This document shows positions 56,337 to 64,000 of a stretch of 64,000 bases of DNA, piece after piece. Position numbers and translations under genes: made by a program. Positions within the stretch are counted from its first letter, which is position 1; each line of letters opens with the position of its first letter. The notes below the pieces were generated by a model that made no database searches, was not told the origin of the DNA, and saw nothing but the letters and a program-made list of their open reading frames with translations. This DNA comes from an uncultured Clostridia bacterium (GTDB lineage Bacteria; Bacillota; Clostridia; Oscillospirales; CAG-272): NCBI GenBank assembly GCA_946407735.1, contig CAMJPL010000004.1, positions 6,782-70,781 of the forward strand, given 5' to 3'.

Positions 56337-57485
56337 ATGGATAATCGTATTTCCGTGCTCGGCTGCACAGGCTCCGTCGGACGACAGGCACTTGACGTTG
56401 CCAGGCATTTCGGGATACCGGTCGCGGCGCTCGCCGCAGGACGAAACGTTCGCGCCGCCGAGGAGACGGCGCGGATTTTTCATCCGGACATCATAGCGAT
56501 GGCCGATGAAAATGCGGCCCGCGATCTGAAAACGGCGCTTGCCGACACCGACATCAGCGTCCTTTCGGGAACTGCCGGCGTCGAATACGCCGCCGCATAT
56601 GAAAAATCAGACATCGTCGTGAACGCCGTATCGGGCGTCGCCGGTCTCGCTCCGACGCTGTCGGCGCTGAGAAAAGGCAAAAAGCTGGCTCTCGCCAACA
56701 AGGAATCGCTTGTGGCGGCTGGAGATATCGTCATGGAGACGGCGAAAGACTCGGGCGCCGCCATCATACCCGTCGATTCGGAGCACAGCGCCATATTCCA
56801 GTGTCTTCACGCCGAAAAAAGACCCGAAAGGCTTATCATCACCTGCTCGGGAGGTCCTTTTTACGGCAGGAGCGCCGATGAGCTTTCCTCCGTTACCTCC
56901 GCCGACGCGCTCGCGCATCCGACGTGGAACATGGGTCCGAGGATCACCGTCGACTCTGCTACTCTGATGAACAAAGGCTTTGAAGTCATTGAAGCGGCGC
57001 GTCTGTTCGGATTCGCGGCGGAGAGCATAGACGTGACGGTGCACCGCGAGAGCATCGTGCACTCGATGGTACAGTTCGCCGACGGCTCGGTGAAGGCCCT
57101 GATGTCGCCTCCCGACATGCGTCTCTGCGTGATGTACGCGCTTTCGTACCCCGACCGCTTCGAGGCGGGGGATTTCATGAAGCGTCTCGATTTCGGCTCG
57201 TCATTCTCGCTGTCGTTCGCTCCGCCCGACACATCGGTATTCCCGCTCCTCCCGCTCGCCTATGAGTGTCTAAGGAGGGGAGGCGTGTACGGAGCCGCGC
57301 TGAACGGCGCGGACGAGCGCGCCGTCGGACTCTTCCTTGAAGGGAAGATCTCATTTACCGACATTGTCAGATCTGTCGAGAAAGCCGCTCTGACGGCTCC
57401 CGAAATAAAAGCCCCGTCTCTCAGCGACATATATGAGGCCGACAAAGAGGCGAGACGCCGTGTGGACGAATTTTTTTCATGCTGA
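56337..57485 (+). CDS. dxr: 1-deoxy-D-xylulose 5-phosphate reductoisomerase
   Basis: ISVLGCTGSVGRQALDV NADPH-binding N-terminus, LANKESLV, PVDSEHSAIFQC. Confidence 0.95.
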   Translation: MDNRISVLGCTGSVGRQALDVARHFGIPVAALAAGRNVRAAEETARIFHPDIIAMADENAARDLKTALADTDISVLSGTAGVEYAAAYEKSDIVVNAVSGVAGLAPTLSALRKGKKLALANKESLVAAGDIVMETAKDSGAAIIPVDSEHSAIFQCLHAEKRPERLIITCSGGPFYGRSADELSSVTSADALAHPTWNMGPRITVDSATLMNKGFEVIEAARLFGFAAESIDVTVHRESIVHSMVQFADGSVKALMSPPDMRLCVMYALSYPDRFEAGDFMKRLDFGSSFSLSFAPPDTSVFPLLPLAYECLRRGGVYGAALNGADERAVGLFLEGKISFTDIVRSVEKAALTAPEIKAPSLSDIYEADKEARRRVDEFFSC

Positions 57486-57512
57486 CACATCTGCCGCCCG
57501 GAGGCGATAACA

Positions 57513-58538
57513 ATTAACATAGTAATAGCGATAATCATTTTCGGCGTCCTGATATTCATCCATGAGCTCGGGCATTACACCTGGGCGAGGATATTCAGGG
57601 TGAAGATATTCGAGTTCAGCATCGGCATGGGCCCGAAGCTGATATCAAAGCAGTCGGAGAAGACCGGCATAGCCTATTCCCTGAGAGCCCTTCCCATCGG
57701 CGGCTTCGTGCAGATGGCAGGCGAGGACGACGAATCCGACGATCCGAACGCGCTGAACAAGAAGCCGGTATGGCAGAGGATGATCATCATCTCCGCCGGA
57801 GCCGTCATGAACCTGCTTCTCGGGTTCATAATCATGTGTCTCGTTTCGCTTACCGCCCGAAACCTCGGATCTACGCAGATCTACAAATTCGCCGTCGAGG
57901 ATTCGACGACGCAGGCGTCCGGACTGATGGAGAACGATATCATCGTAAAGGTCGGAGAATCTAAGGTACACACGGCGACCGACATGGTGTACGAGATAAT
58001 GTACGGCGCCGTCGACCCGATAGATATCACCGTGATAAGGAACGGCGAGACTGTCGAGATACCGGACGTGCGCTTCCCTACCATAATCGAGCAGGGGCAC
58101 GTCTTCGGCGACGTCGATTTCTACGTCCGTCCCGTCGAGAAGAATTTCGTCAGCATAGTACATCAGTCATGGTTCAACTCGATAAGCTCGATGAAGATGA
58201 TCTGGATGTCGCTGATCGATCTCGCGCGCGGAAAATACAGCGTTTCGGACATGTCTGGACCCGTCGGCGTCACGACGGCGGTAGCCGAGGCAGCTTCGTC
58301 CGGGATACACGATCTTCTGTATCTCACCGCGATAATCACGATAAACCTCGGCATTTTCAATCTGCTTCCCTTCCCGGCTCTTGACGGAGGACATATACTG
58401 TTCCTTCTCATCGAGCTTGTGATAAGGCGGCCGGTCCCGGTAAAGGTGCAGTCATACGTGAATCTGGCCGGTATGGCTCTGCTCATGGTCCTGATGGCTG
58501 TGGTAACCTTCCAGGATATAGGCCGTCTGATCTCCTGA
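57513..58538 (+). CDS. rseP: RIP (site-2) zinc metalloprotease RseP/RasP; the start is inferred to be a non-canonical ATT
   Basis: The in-frame sequence upstream of the track's GTG (57600) encodes NIVIAIIIFGVLIFIHELGHYTWARIF, i.e. TM1 plus the HExxH zinc site that all RseP proteins carry at residues ~15-25. There is no ATG, GTG or TTG in frame between the stop at 57483-57485 and 57600. GGAGG (57500-57504) sits 8 nt before ATT 57513. A PDZ domain and the NLLPFPALDGG motif lie downstream. Confidence 0.85.
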   Translation: MNIVIAIIIFGVLIFIHELGHYTWARIFRVKIFEFSIGMGPKLISKQSEKTGIAYSLRALPIGGFVQMAGEDDESDDPNALNKKPVWQRMIIISAGAVMNLLLGFIIMCLVSLTARNLGSTQIYKFAVEDSTTQASGLMENDIIVKVGESKVHTATDMVYEIMYGAVDPIDITVIRNGETVEIPDVRFPTIIEQGHVFGDVDFYVRPVEKNFVSIVHQSWFNSISSMKMIWMSLIDLARGKYSVSDMSGPVGVTTAVAEAASSGIHDLLYLTAIITINLGIFNLLPFPALDGGHILFLLIELVIRRPVPVKVQSYVNLAGMALLMVLMAVVTFQDIGRLIS

Positions 58539-58582
58539 CAGCGCGGTAATTATTGTCTTAAATCTATCAGAGGTTAATCTTC

Positions 58583-59467
58583 ATGTACAGAATCATAGCC
58601 ACCTGGAAATTCGCGCTTTCCGCCGTGACGATGGGAGCCAAAGTCCTATCCTCCGGCGGCAGGGCGCTTGACGCCGCCGAAGCCGGGATTAGGCTCACCG
58701 AGAGCGATCCTGACATCGACTGCGTCGGTCTGGGCGGGTTTCTCAACCGCGACGGCGAGCTTGAGCTCGACGCCGCCGTCATGGACGGCGACACGCTGAA
58801 AACGGGAGCCGTGATCGGCATAAAAAACTATGAGCATCCGATAACCGTCGCCCGCGCGGTAATGGAAAAGACGATGCACAACATCCTCGTCGGCCGGGGC
58901 GCCGAGAGCTTCGCGCGTGAGATCGGCATCGAAAGCCGTCCCATGCTCGATATGATCACTCCCGGCGCGAGAAAGCTCTGGGAGGAAAAGCGCGCCGAAA
59001 AAGCCGCCGCGTCGGGCCATGACACGATAGGTTTTCTGGCGCTCGACAGCCATGGGAGCATCGTGTCCGCCACCTCGACAAGCGGCATGGGTATGAAACT
59101 GCCGGGGCGATCCGGCGACTCGCCGATCATCGGCAGCGGTTTTTACGCCGAAAGCGGCGTCGGTGCCGCCTCGGCGACCGGCTGGGGCGAGGACATCATG
59201 CGGACCTGCATGAGCTTCCGCATGACGGAAATGATCCGCGCCGGCGCCGACCCGCAGAAGGCGGCCGATACCGCCGTCATTACCGCCTGCGAGACGATGA
59301 TACGGCACGGAACAAAGCCGAGAGAGATGGCCGTGATATGCCTTGACGCAGACGGCAGGATCGGCGCGGCCTGCAACCACAAGGGCTTCGCGTATGTGAC
59401 CGCCTGCGAAGGCGGGGAGCCGACAACAGTAGACGTTGAGCCGATAATCGACAAGGACACTCTCTGA
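58583..59467 (+). CDS. Ntn-hydrolase of the asparaginase-2 family (glycosylasparaginase / isoaspartyl peptidase-like)
   Basis: The autoprocessing site region GHDTIGFLALDSHGSIVSATSTSGMGMKLPGRSGDSPIIGSGFYA is typical of N4-(beta-N-acetylglucosaminyl)-L-asparaginase-type enzymes. No signal peptide. Confidence 0.85.
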   Translation: MYRIIATWKFALSAVTMGAKVLSSGGRALDAAEAGIRLTESDPDIDCVGLGGFLNRDGELELDAAVMDGDTLKTGAVIGIKNYEHPITVARAVMEKTMHNILVGRGAESFAREIGIESRPMLDMITPGARKLWEEKRAEKAAASGHDTIGFLALDSHGSIVSATSTSGMGMKLPGRSGDSPIIGSGFYAESGVGAASATGWGEDIMRTCMSFRMTEMIRAGADPQKAADTAVITACETMIRHGTKPREMAVICLDADGRIGAACNHKGFAYVTACEGGEPTTVDVEPIIDKDTL

Positions 59468-59496
59468 TATCTGTCATCACAGAGAAAGGATCACTC

Positions 59497-60534
59497 ATGA
59501 AAGGCAACGATCACATCAAGGAACCGATAATCCCCTGCAATCCGCCTGTCTACCGCGCCGTAAAAAGCAAGATAAAGCCGGGAAAGCTCGACGGTGATCT
59601 GACGAAGGATTTCTGGAAGCAGGGCGAATGGATAACCGAATTCCACGACATAGAGGGCGACAGTCTGCCCCGCCCGTGGAAGGCGACCCGCGTAAAGGTA
59701 CTCTGGGACGACGAGGCGATATATGTCGGTGCCGAGCTTACCGACGACACGATATGGGCCTATGTGACCGAGCGCGACGACGTTATCTTCGCCGACAACG
59801 ATTTCGAGGTCTTCCTATCGCCCGAGGACTGCGGCCACAGATATTACGAGCTTGAGATGAACGCCAGGAACACGGTGTGGGACCTTTACATGGAGCGCCC
59901 GCAGCGCGACCATGTCCGCCGCATCATCGCGTGGGACATCCGCGGTCTCGAGTCGGCGACAAAGATAAACGGCGAGCTGAACAATCCCTCCGCCGACAAC
60001 AGATCGTGGTCGCTTGAGCTGAAGCTGCCCTATTATTCCTTCCGCGAATGCCCGGACGGATACGTGAAGGCTCCGAAGCTCACGCCAGATGTCGGCGAGA
60101 CATGGCGCATGGACTTCTCCCGCGTCGAGTGGGAGGTGGACGTTGTCGACGGGAAATATGTCAAGCGCACCGGAGAGAACGGAAAGCCTCTTCCCGAGCA
60201 CAACTGGCTCTGGGCTCCTACCGGCGTCATCGACGCTCACATGCCTGAGATGTGGGGATATCTCATCTTCACCGAGAACGGCGAGGATCATCCGCTGCCG
60301 CCCGAAGACAAGGTCAAATTCGTCCTGCGAAAGCTCTATTACCGCGAGCACAGATACAGCTGCGAGCACAGCGAGTTCACGTCTGACGCCGCCGCTCTGC
60401 TCGGGGACGAGGCTGCCGAATACAAGGTGAAGGCATACGTCACCCCGAACATGTTCGAAGGCATCGCCGAGCATGACGGGCAGATCTGGCATATCGATCA
60501 GGACGGCTACATGTGGACCGGAGAACACAGATAA
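59497..60534 (+). CDS. Cytoplasmic CBM9-like/DOMON-like carbohydrate-binding family protein
   Basis: DGDLTKDFWKQGEWITEFHDIEG...VKVLWDDEAIYVGAELTDDTIWAYVTERDDVIFADNDFEVFLSP...YYELEMNARNTVWD matches the CBM9-like_1 pattern as I recall it. Confidence 0.6.
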   Translation: MKGNDHIKEPIIPCNPPVYRAVKSKIKPGKLDGDLTKDFWKQGEWITEFHDIEGDSLPRPWKATRVKVLWDDEAIYVGAELTDDTIWAYVTERDDVIFADNDFEVFLSPEDCGHRYYELEMNARNTVWDLYMERPQRDHVRRIIAWDIRGLESATKINGELNNPSADNRSWSLELKLPYYSFRECPDGYVKAPKLTPDVGETWRMDFSRVEWEVDVVDGKYVKRTGENGKPLPEHNWLWAPTGVIDAHMPEMWGYLIFTENGEDHPLPPEDKVKFVLRKLYYREHRYSCEHSEFTSDAAALLGDEAAEYKVKAYVTPNMFEGIAEHDGQIWHIDQDGYMWTGEHR

Positions 60535-60546
60535 AACGATCATACC

Positions 60547-60623
60547 GGGGGGAAGGAAAGATATTTTGAGTAAAATTTCTTTTCTCCCCTCCGCCCGATA
60601 ATATTCAAAAAGACTATTACTGC
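60547..60623 (+). repeat. Intergenic repeat family, copy 4 (degenerate hairpin + conserved tail)
   Basis: Imperfect stem gggggaaggaaagatatttt / aaaatttcttttctcccctcc with loop gagt, then gcccgataatattcaaaaagactattactgc. It starts 12 nt after the upstream stop and ends 6 nt before the ispG ATG. Confidence 0.65.
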
Positions 60624-60629
60624 TTTTTA

Positions 60630-61709
60630 ATGGAAAACAATCGCTTTTCGAGACGCTCATCGCGGACCGTAAAGGTCGGACATGTGACCGTCGGCGGATC
60701 GTCGCCGGTTTCGGTGCAGTCGATGACAAATACCGATCCGCACGACGCCCGGGCGACGTCAGATCAGATAAAACGTCTCTCCGCCGCCGGATGCGATATC
60801 GTGAGGCTGGCGATACCTGACATGGAAGCGGCCGAGACCTTCGGTCTTATCCGCGAGGAATGTCCGTCGGTGCCGCTCGTCGCCGACATCCATTTCGATT
60901 ACCGTCTCGCGCTCGCCGTCGCCGAGCGGGGCGTCGACAAGATACGCATAAATCCCGGAAATATCGGCTCTGACGAAAATGTCAGAGCCGTTGCAAAAGC
61001 CTGCCGCGAGAGGAACATCCCGATCCGCATAGGCGTGAACAGCGGATCGGCCGAAAAATCGCTGATCGAAAAATACGGCGGCCCGACCGCCGAGGCGCTC
61101 GCCGAAAGCGCGATGTATCACGCGCGTCTGCTAGAAAGATACGATTTCGGCGACATTATCATCGCCGTAAAGGCGTCGGACGTCCCGACGACGGTCGCAG
61201 CCGTACGTCAGGTCGCCTGTTTGTGCGATTATCCGCTGCATGTCGGCGTCACCGAGGCCGGCAGCGAATACGGCGGGATAATAAAATCAGCCGCCGGTAT
61301 CGGGACCCTGCTTATGGAGGGAATCGGCGACACGATCCGTGTCTCGCTCACCGCCGAGCCCGAAAAGGAGGTCACTGCCGGGATCACGCTTTTAAAGGCG
61401 CTCGGCCTTAGAAAGGGACCGAATATCGTTTCCTGCCCGTCATGCGGAAGGACGAAGATCGACCTTTTCTCCATCGTCTCGGAATTTGAGCGCCGCGCTC
61501 CTGTCGAGATCGAAGGATGGAACGATCTCGGCATCACGGTCGCCGTGATGGGCTGCATCGTAAACGGACCGGGCGAGGCGTCAAACGCCGACATCGGTCT
61601 CGCCGGGGGCAGCGGCAGAGCCGCCGTCTTCAAGGGCGGAAAAGTGATCTTCAGCGTCGACGAGGACAAAGCCGTAGACGCTCTCATATACGAGATAAAG
61701 AAGCTGTGA
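60630..61709 (+). CDS. ispG: 4-hydroxy-3-methylbut-2-en-1-yl diphosphate synthase (flavodoxin)
   Basis: RTVKVGHVTVGGSSPVSVQSMTNTD, RINPGNIG, and the C-terminal Cys cluster SCPSCGRT...GCIVNGPGE. Confidence 0.95.
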   Translation: MENNRFSRRSSRTVKVGHVTVGGSSPVSVQSMTNTDPHDARATSDQIKRLSAAGCDIVRLAIPDMEAAETFGLIREECPSVPLVADIHFDYRLALAVAERGVDKIRINPGNIGSDENVRAVAKACRERNIPIRIGVNSGSAEKSLIEKYGGPTAEALAESAMYHARLLERYDFGDIIIAVKASDVPTTVAAVRQVACLCDYPLHVGVTEAGSEYGGIIKSAAGIGTLLMEGIGDTIRVSLTAEPEKEVTAGITLLKALGLRKGPNIVSCPSCGRTKIDLFSIVSEFERRAPVEIEGWNDLGITVAVMGCIVNGPGEASNADIGLAGGSGRAAVFKGGKVIFSVDEDKAVDALIYEIKKL

Positions 61710-61723
61710 ACGATGTTTTTTAC

Positions 61724-62452
61724 ATGCCGCTCGGCTCGCTCACCCCGAGTCAGCTTTATATATCATCGGAAAAGCTCTCCGGCGTGCTGAGCTGGTTTCA
61801 CGGTGACATCTCAGTTATGGAGCCGATACCTCTGAAAATGCTCGCCGGAAGGACGCTGATGACCGACGGCCACACAAGAGCCGTCGCCGCATGGCTCGCC
61901 GGATGTTATGAAGTGCCGTGCATATGGGACAAAGACGAGCTGGACTGGGCGGCTTACGCGGCCGATATCAGCGTCTGCGCCGAGGAAGGCGTCACTTCCG
62001 TCGCCGATCTGTCGCGGCGGATAGTTTCTGCCGCCGATTATAAGCGCCTTTGGAATGACCGCTGCGATGAGATAACCGGCGAAAGATACTACGGCATCCT
62101 GACACAGAAAGACGAGATCATTTTCTATACCGTCTCTCACGCCGGGTATAACGGCGGCTTCGATATACGTCCATATGAATCCGGCTTCGATGACGGCGAG
62201 TATTTCATGCTTTACGATCAGGGCGTCCCGGCCGCGATGGGGTCGATAGAAAGATATTCGTATGAGTTCTGGGAGGCGGCGTCGATCAGGACCTTCCCGG
62301 GTTTCAGGCGCCGCGGCTTCGGCACCGCGATAACCGCTTTCCTCACCGACAGGATAATCTCCTCCGGAAAAACGGCCACATGCCGGACGCTCCCGGAAAA
62401 CGACGGCATGAACAGGATCATCGCCGGGTGCGGCTATAAGAGACTCTACTGA
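61724..62452 (+). CDS. Fusion protein: N-terminal ParB/sulfiredoxin-like domain + C-terminal GNAT acetyltransferase domain
   Basis: The N-terminal LTPSQLYIS...LMTDGHTRAVAAWLAG resembles the ParB-like nuclease/Srx DGHHR motif. The C-terminal FPGFRRRGFGTAITAFL is the GNAT acetyl-CoA-binding (R/Q)xxGxG/A motif. An alternative GTG start at 61706 overlaps the ispG stop. Confidence 0.6.
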   Translation: MPLGSLTPSQLYISSEKLSGVLSWFHGDISVMEPIPLKMLAGRTLMTDGHTRAVAAWLAGCYEVPCIWDKDELDWAAYAADISVCAEEGVTSVADLSRRIVSAADYKRLWNDRCDEITGERYYGILTQKDEIIFYTVSHAGYNGGFDIRPYESGFDDGEYFMLYDQGVPAAMGSIERYSYEFWEAASIRTFPGFRRRGFGTAITAFLTDRIISSGKTATCRTLPENDGMNRIIAGCGYKRLY

Positions 62453-62482
62453 ACAAGGTAATATCATTAAGGATTTATCGGC

Positions 62483-64000
62483 ATGGCTGATAAAAATAAT
62501 TTTCGCTCCTACTTTCCGAGATACGCTCCGGATGAGCGCACCGCCCCGGTCGTCGACTGCGCGCGGGACATACATATCCGCGCCGACCGGGATAAAAAGA
62601 TCGTCGAGATCAGCGCCTCTTTCGGCAGGGTCTTCACCCGCGACGCCCTTTACGCCGTAGAGGACGGAGTGCGCGAGGCGTATTCTCTCAATATCGTCCG
62701 GCTGCTGCCGAAATACCCGGCTCAGCTTTTTTCACATGAATATCTGCCGCAGATCATAACCGAGCTGTACCGTATCGGCTCGGTCAGCCGCGGCTTTTTT
62801 GACCGTTACGACGCGAAATGGGACGACGGCGCCCTTTCGCTTGAGATAGACGTCTACCAGTGCGGCGGCGGAGTCGGACTGCTCGAGGACGCGCGCACGG
62901 CCGATCTCATATCCGGCGTCATCCGCTCCGAATTCGGCATCGGATATACCGTCTCAATCCGTCAGGCCGAAACATGGGAAAACGGCTGGCTCGAGATGCA
63001 GATGCGTCAGGAGGAGGAGATCAGCCGCTATCAGGCCGACGCCGCTCAGAAGTCTGCCGAGGCCGCGAAAGCGGCGGCTGCCGAGAAGTCGAAAAAGAAG
63101 GAGGAGTCGAAGCGGGTCGACACAGCGTCGCTTACGCACGTAACGACGCTTTCATCTGAGGAGCTTGTAAACGAGCCGCTCGGCAACGGGCTGTTCAGGA
63201 TCGGCTGCATGACCTTTGACACATCCGAAGCGAAGACCGCGTTCGGCGAGGAATTCGATCTGTCCGAGCCTGACGCCCTGAGGGAGCTTTCGGAACCGAA
63301 GCGCGACGTCATCGTATTCGGCAGAATATTCAGCTTTGAAGCCAAGCCCAACCGCCGCGGCGGAAAGGTCGTCACCACCTTCGACATCACCGACAACGAC
63401 GCCTCGATACGGGTAAAGTCGATACTGGAGACCGAAAAGGCCGACGAGCTCGCCTCCGCCGTATCAGACGGCGACGTGATCGCGCTGCACGGCAGCTGCA
63501 AAAAGGACGAGTTCGACGGCGAGCTCTGCGTGATGCTGTCCGACGTCATGAAGATAAAATCGGTCGGACGCAAGGACAAGGCCGAAAACAAGCGCGTGGA
63601 GCTCCACCTTCACACACAGATGTCGGCGATGGATTCGACGATCCCGCCGGACGAGGTCGTGAAGCTTGCGGCGAAATGGGGACACAAGGCAATCGCCATC
63701 ACCGATCACGGCAATGTCCAGGCCTTCCCTATCGCCATGGAGGCCAACGAGAAGCTCGAGAACCCCATCAAGATCATCTACGGCATGGAGGGGTATTTCG
63801 TCGACGATACCGCCCGAGCAGTGTGGGGGGAATGCGATTCTCAGCTCGACGACGAATTCGTCGTGTTCGACATCGAGACGACCGGGCTTTCTGCTCTCCA
63901 CGACAAGATCACCGAGATCGGCGCCGTGCTGATAAAGGACGGCAGAGTCCTTGACCGCTTCAACGAGTTCGTCAACCCCGGCATGCACATACCGGACGAG
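62483..64000 (+). CDS. polC: DNA polymerase III PolC-type, 3'-truncated at the window edge
   Basis: This ORF is open to the end of the window and is not listed in the supplied track. It includes VELHLHTQMSAMDSTIPPDEVVKLAAKWGHKAIAITDHGNVQAFP (PHP domain) and FVVFDIETTGLS (exonuclease motif I). Confidence 0.9.
   Translation, partial: MADKNNFRSYFPRYAPDERTAPVVDCARDIHIRADRDKKIVEISASFGRVFTRDALYAVEDGVREAYSLNIVRLLPKYPAQLFSHEYLPQIITELYRIGSVSRGFFDRYDAKWDDGALSLEIDVYQCGGGVGLLEDARTADLISGVIRSEFGIGYTVSIRQAETWENGWLEMQMRQEEEISRYQADAAQKSAEAAKAAAAEKSKKKEESKRVDTASLTHVTTLSSEELVNEPLGNGLFRIGCMTFDTSEAKTAFGEEFDLSEPDALRELSEPKRDVIVFGRIFSFEAKPNRRGGKVVTTFDITDNDASIRVKSILETEKADELASAVSDGDVIALHGSCKKDEFDGELCVMLSDVMKIKSVGRKDKAENKRVELHLHTQMSAMDSTIPPDEVVKLAAKWGHKAIAITDHGNVQAFPIAMEANEKLENPIKIIYGMEGYFVDDTARAVWGECDSQLDDEFVVFDIETTGLSALHDKITEIGAVLIKDGRVLDRFNEFVNPGMHIPDE

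Noticed and set aside
57600-57602. GTG at 57600 as the rseP start (as in the ORF track)
   Set aside because: It would delete TM1 and the catalytic HExxH motif, both of which are encoded in frame just upstream. See the finding on the ATT start.
61517-61705. Upstream 63-aa extension of the ParB-like/GNAT ORF
   Set aside because: It lies inside ispG in another frame and is Arg-rich low complexity. The real start is GTG 61706 or ATG 61724.

Overview
A 64-kb chromosomal segment at roughly 60% GC, from a Firmicutes/Clostridia-type genome. The phylum call rests on PolC, HprK, ctsR-mcsA-mcsB-clpC and a WalRK/YycHI-like module. The family is uncertain, possibly Oscillospiraceae/Ruminococcaceae-like. 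I call about 53 protein-coding genes. I recognised no rRNA, tRNA, CRISPR array, transposase, integrase, phage gene or known defence gene. Most of the window is housekeeping: hprK, ackA, ilvE, murA, nagA, murQ, the class III heat-shock operon, and the conserved rpsB-tsf-pyrH-frr-uppS-cdsA-dxr-rseP...ispG...polC cluster. Accessory content is glycan and cell-surface related: an SLH/transglutaminase-like protein, GH95, GH140/DUF4038, a polysaccharide deacetylase, a glycosylasparaginase-like Ntn hydrolase, CBM9-like proteins, a serpin, and two wall-anchored lectin-like proteins.

The items most worth a second look:
1. An ~80-nt intergenic element in at least four copies. It has a covarying G-rich/C-rich hairpin and a conserved tail, and each copy starts 12-22 nt after a stop codon.
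2. An AT-richer ECF-sigma operon encoding a 772-aa internally duplicated, Cys-rich membrane protein.
3. A self-contained NifU-like + GGGtGRT two-gene operon of unknown function.
4. An XRE-HTH/TPR (RNPP-like) regulator with a possible downstream pro-peptide ORF.
5. An rseP gene that only makes sense with a non-canonical ATT start.
6. Two surface proteins sharing an Ala/Pro stalk and a non-canonical AAQTGD sorting signal.

I did not find a clear multi-gene novel system, such as a defence island. The candidates above are hypotheses that need database and structure searches.
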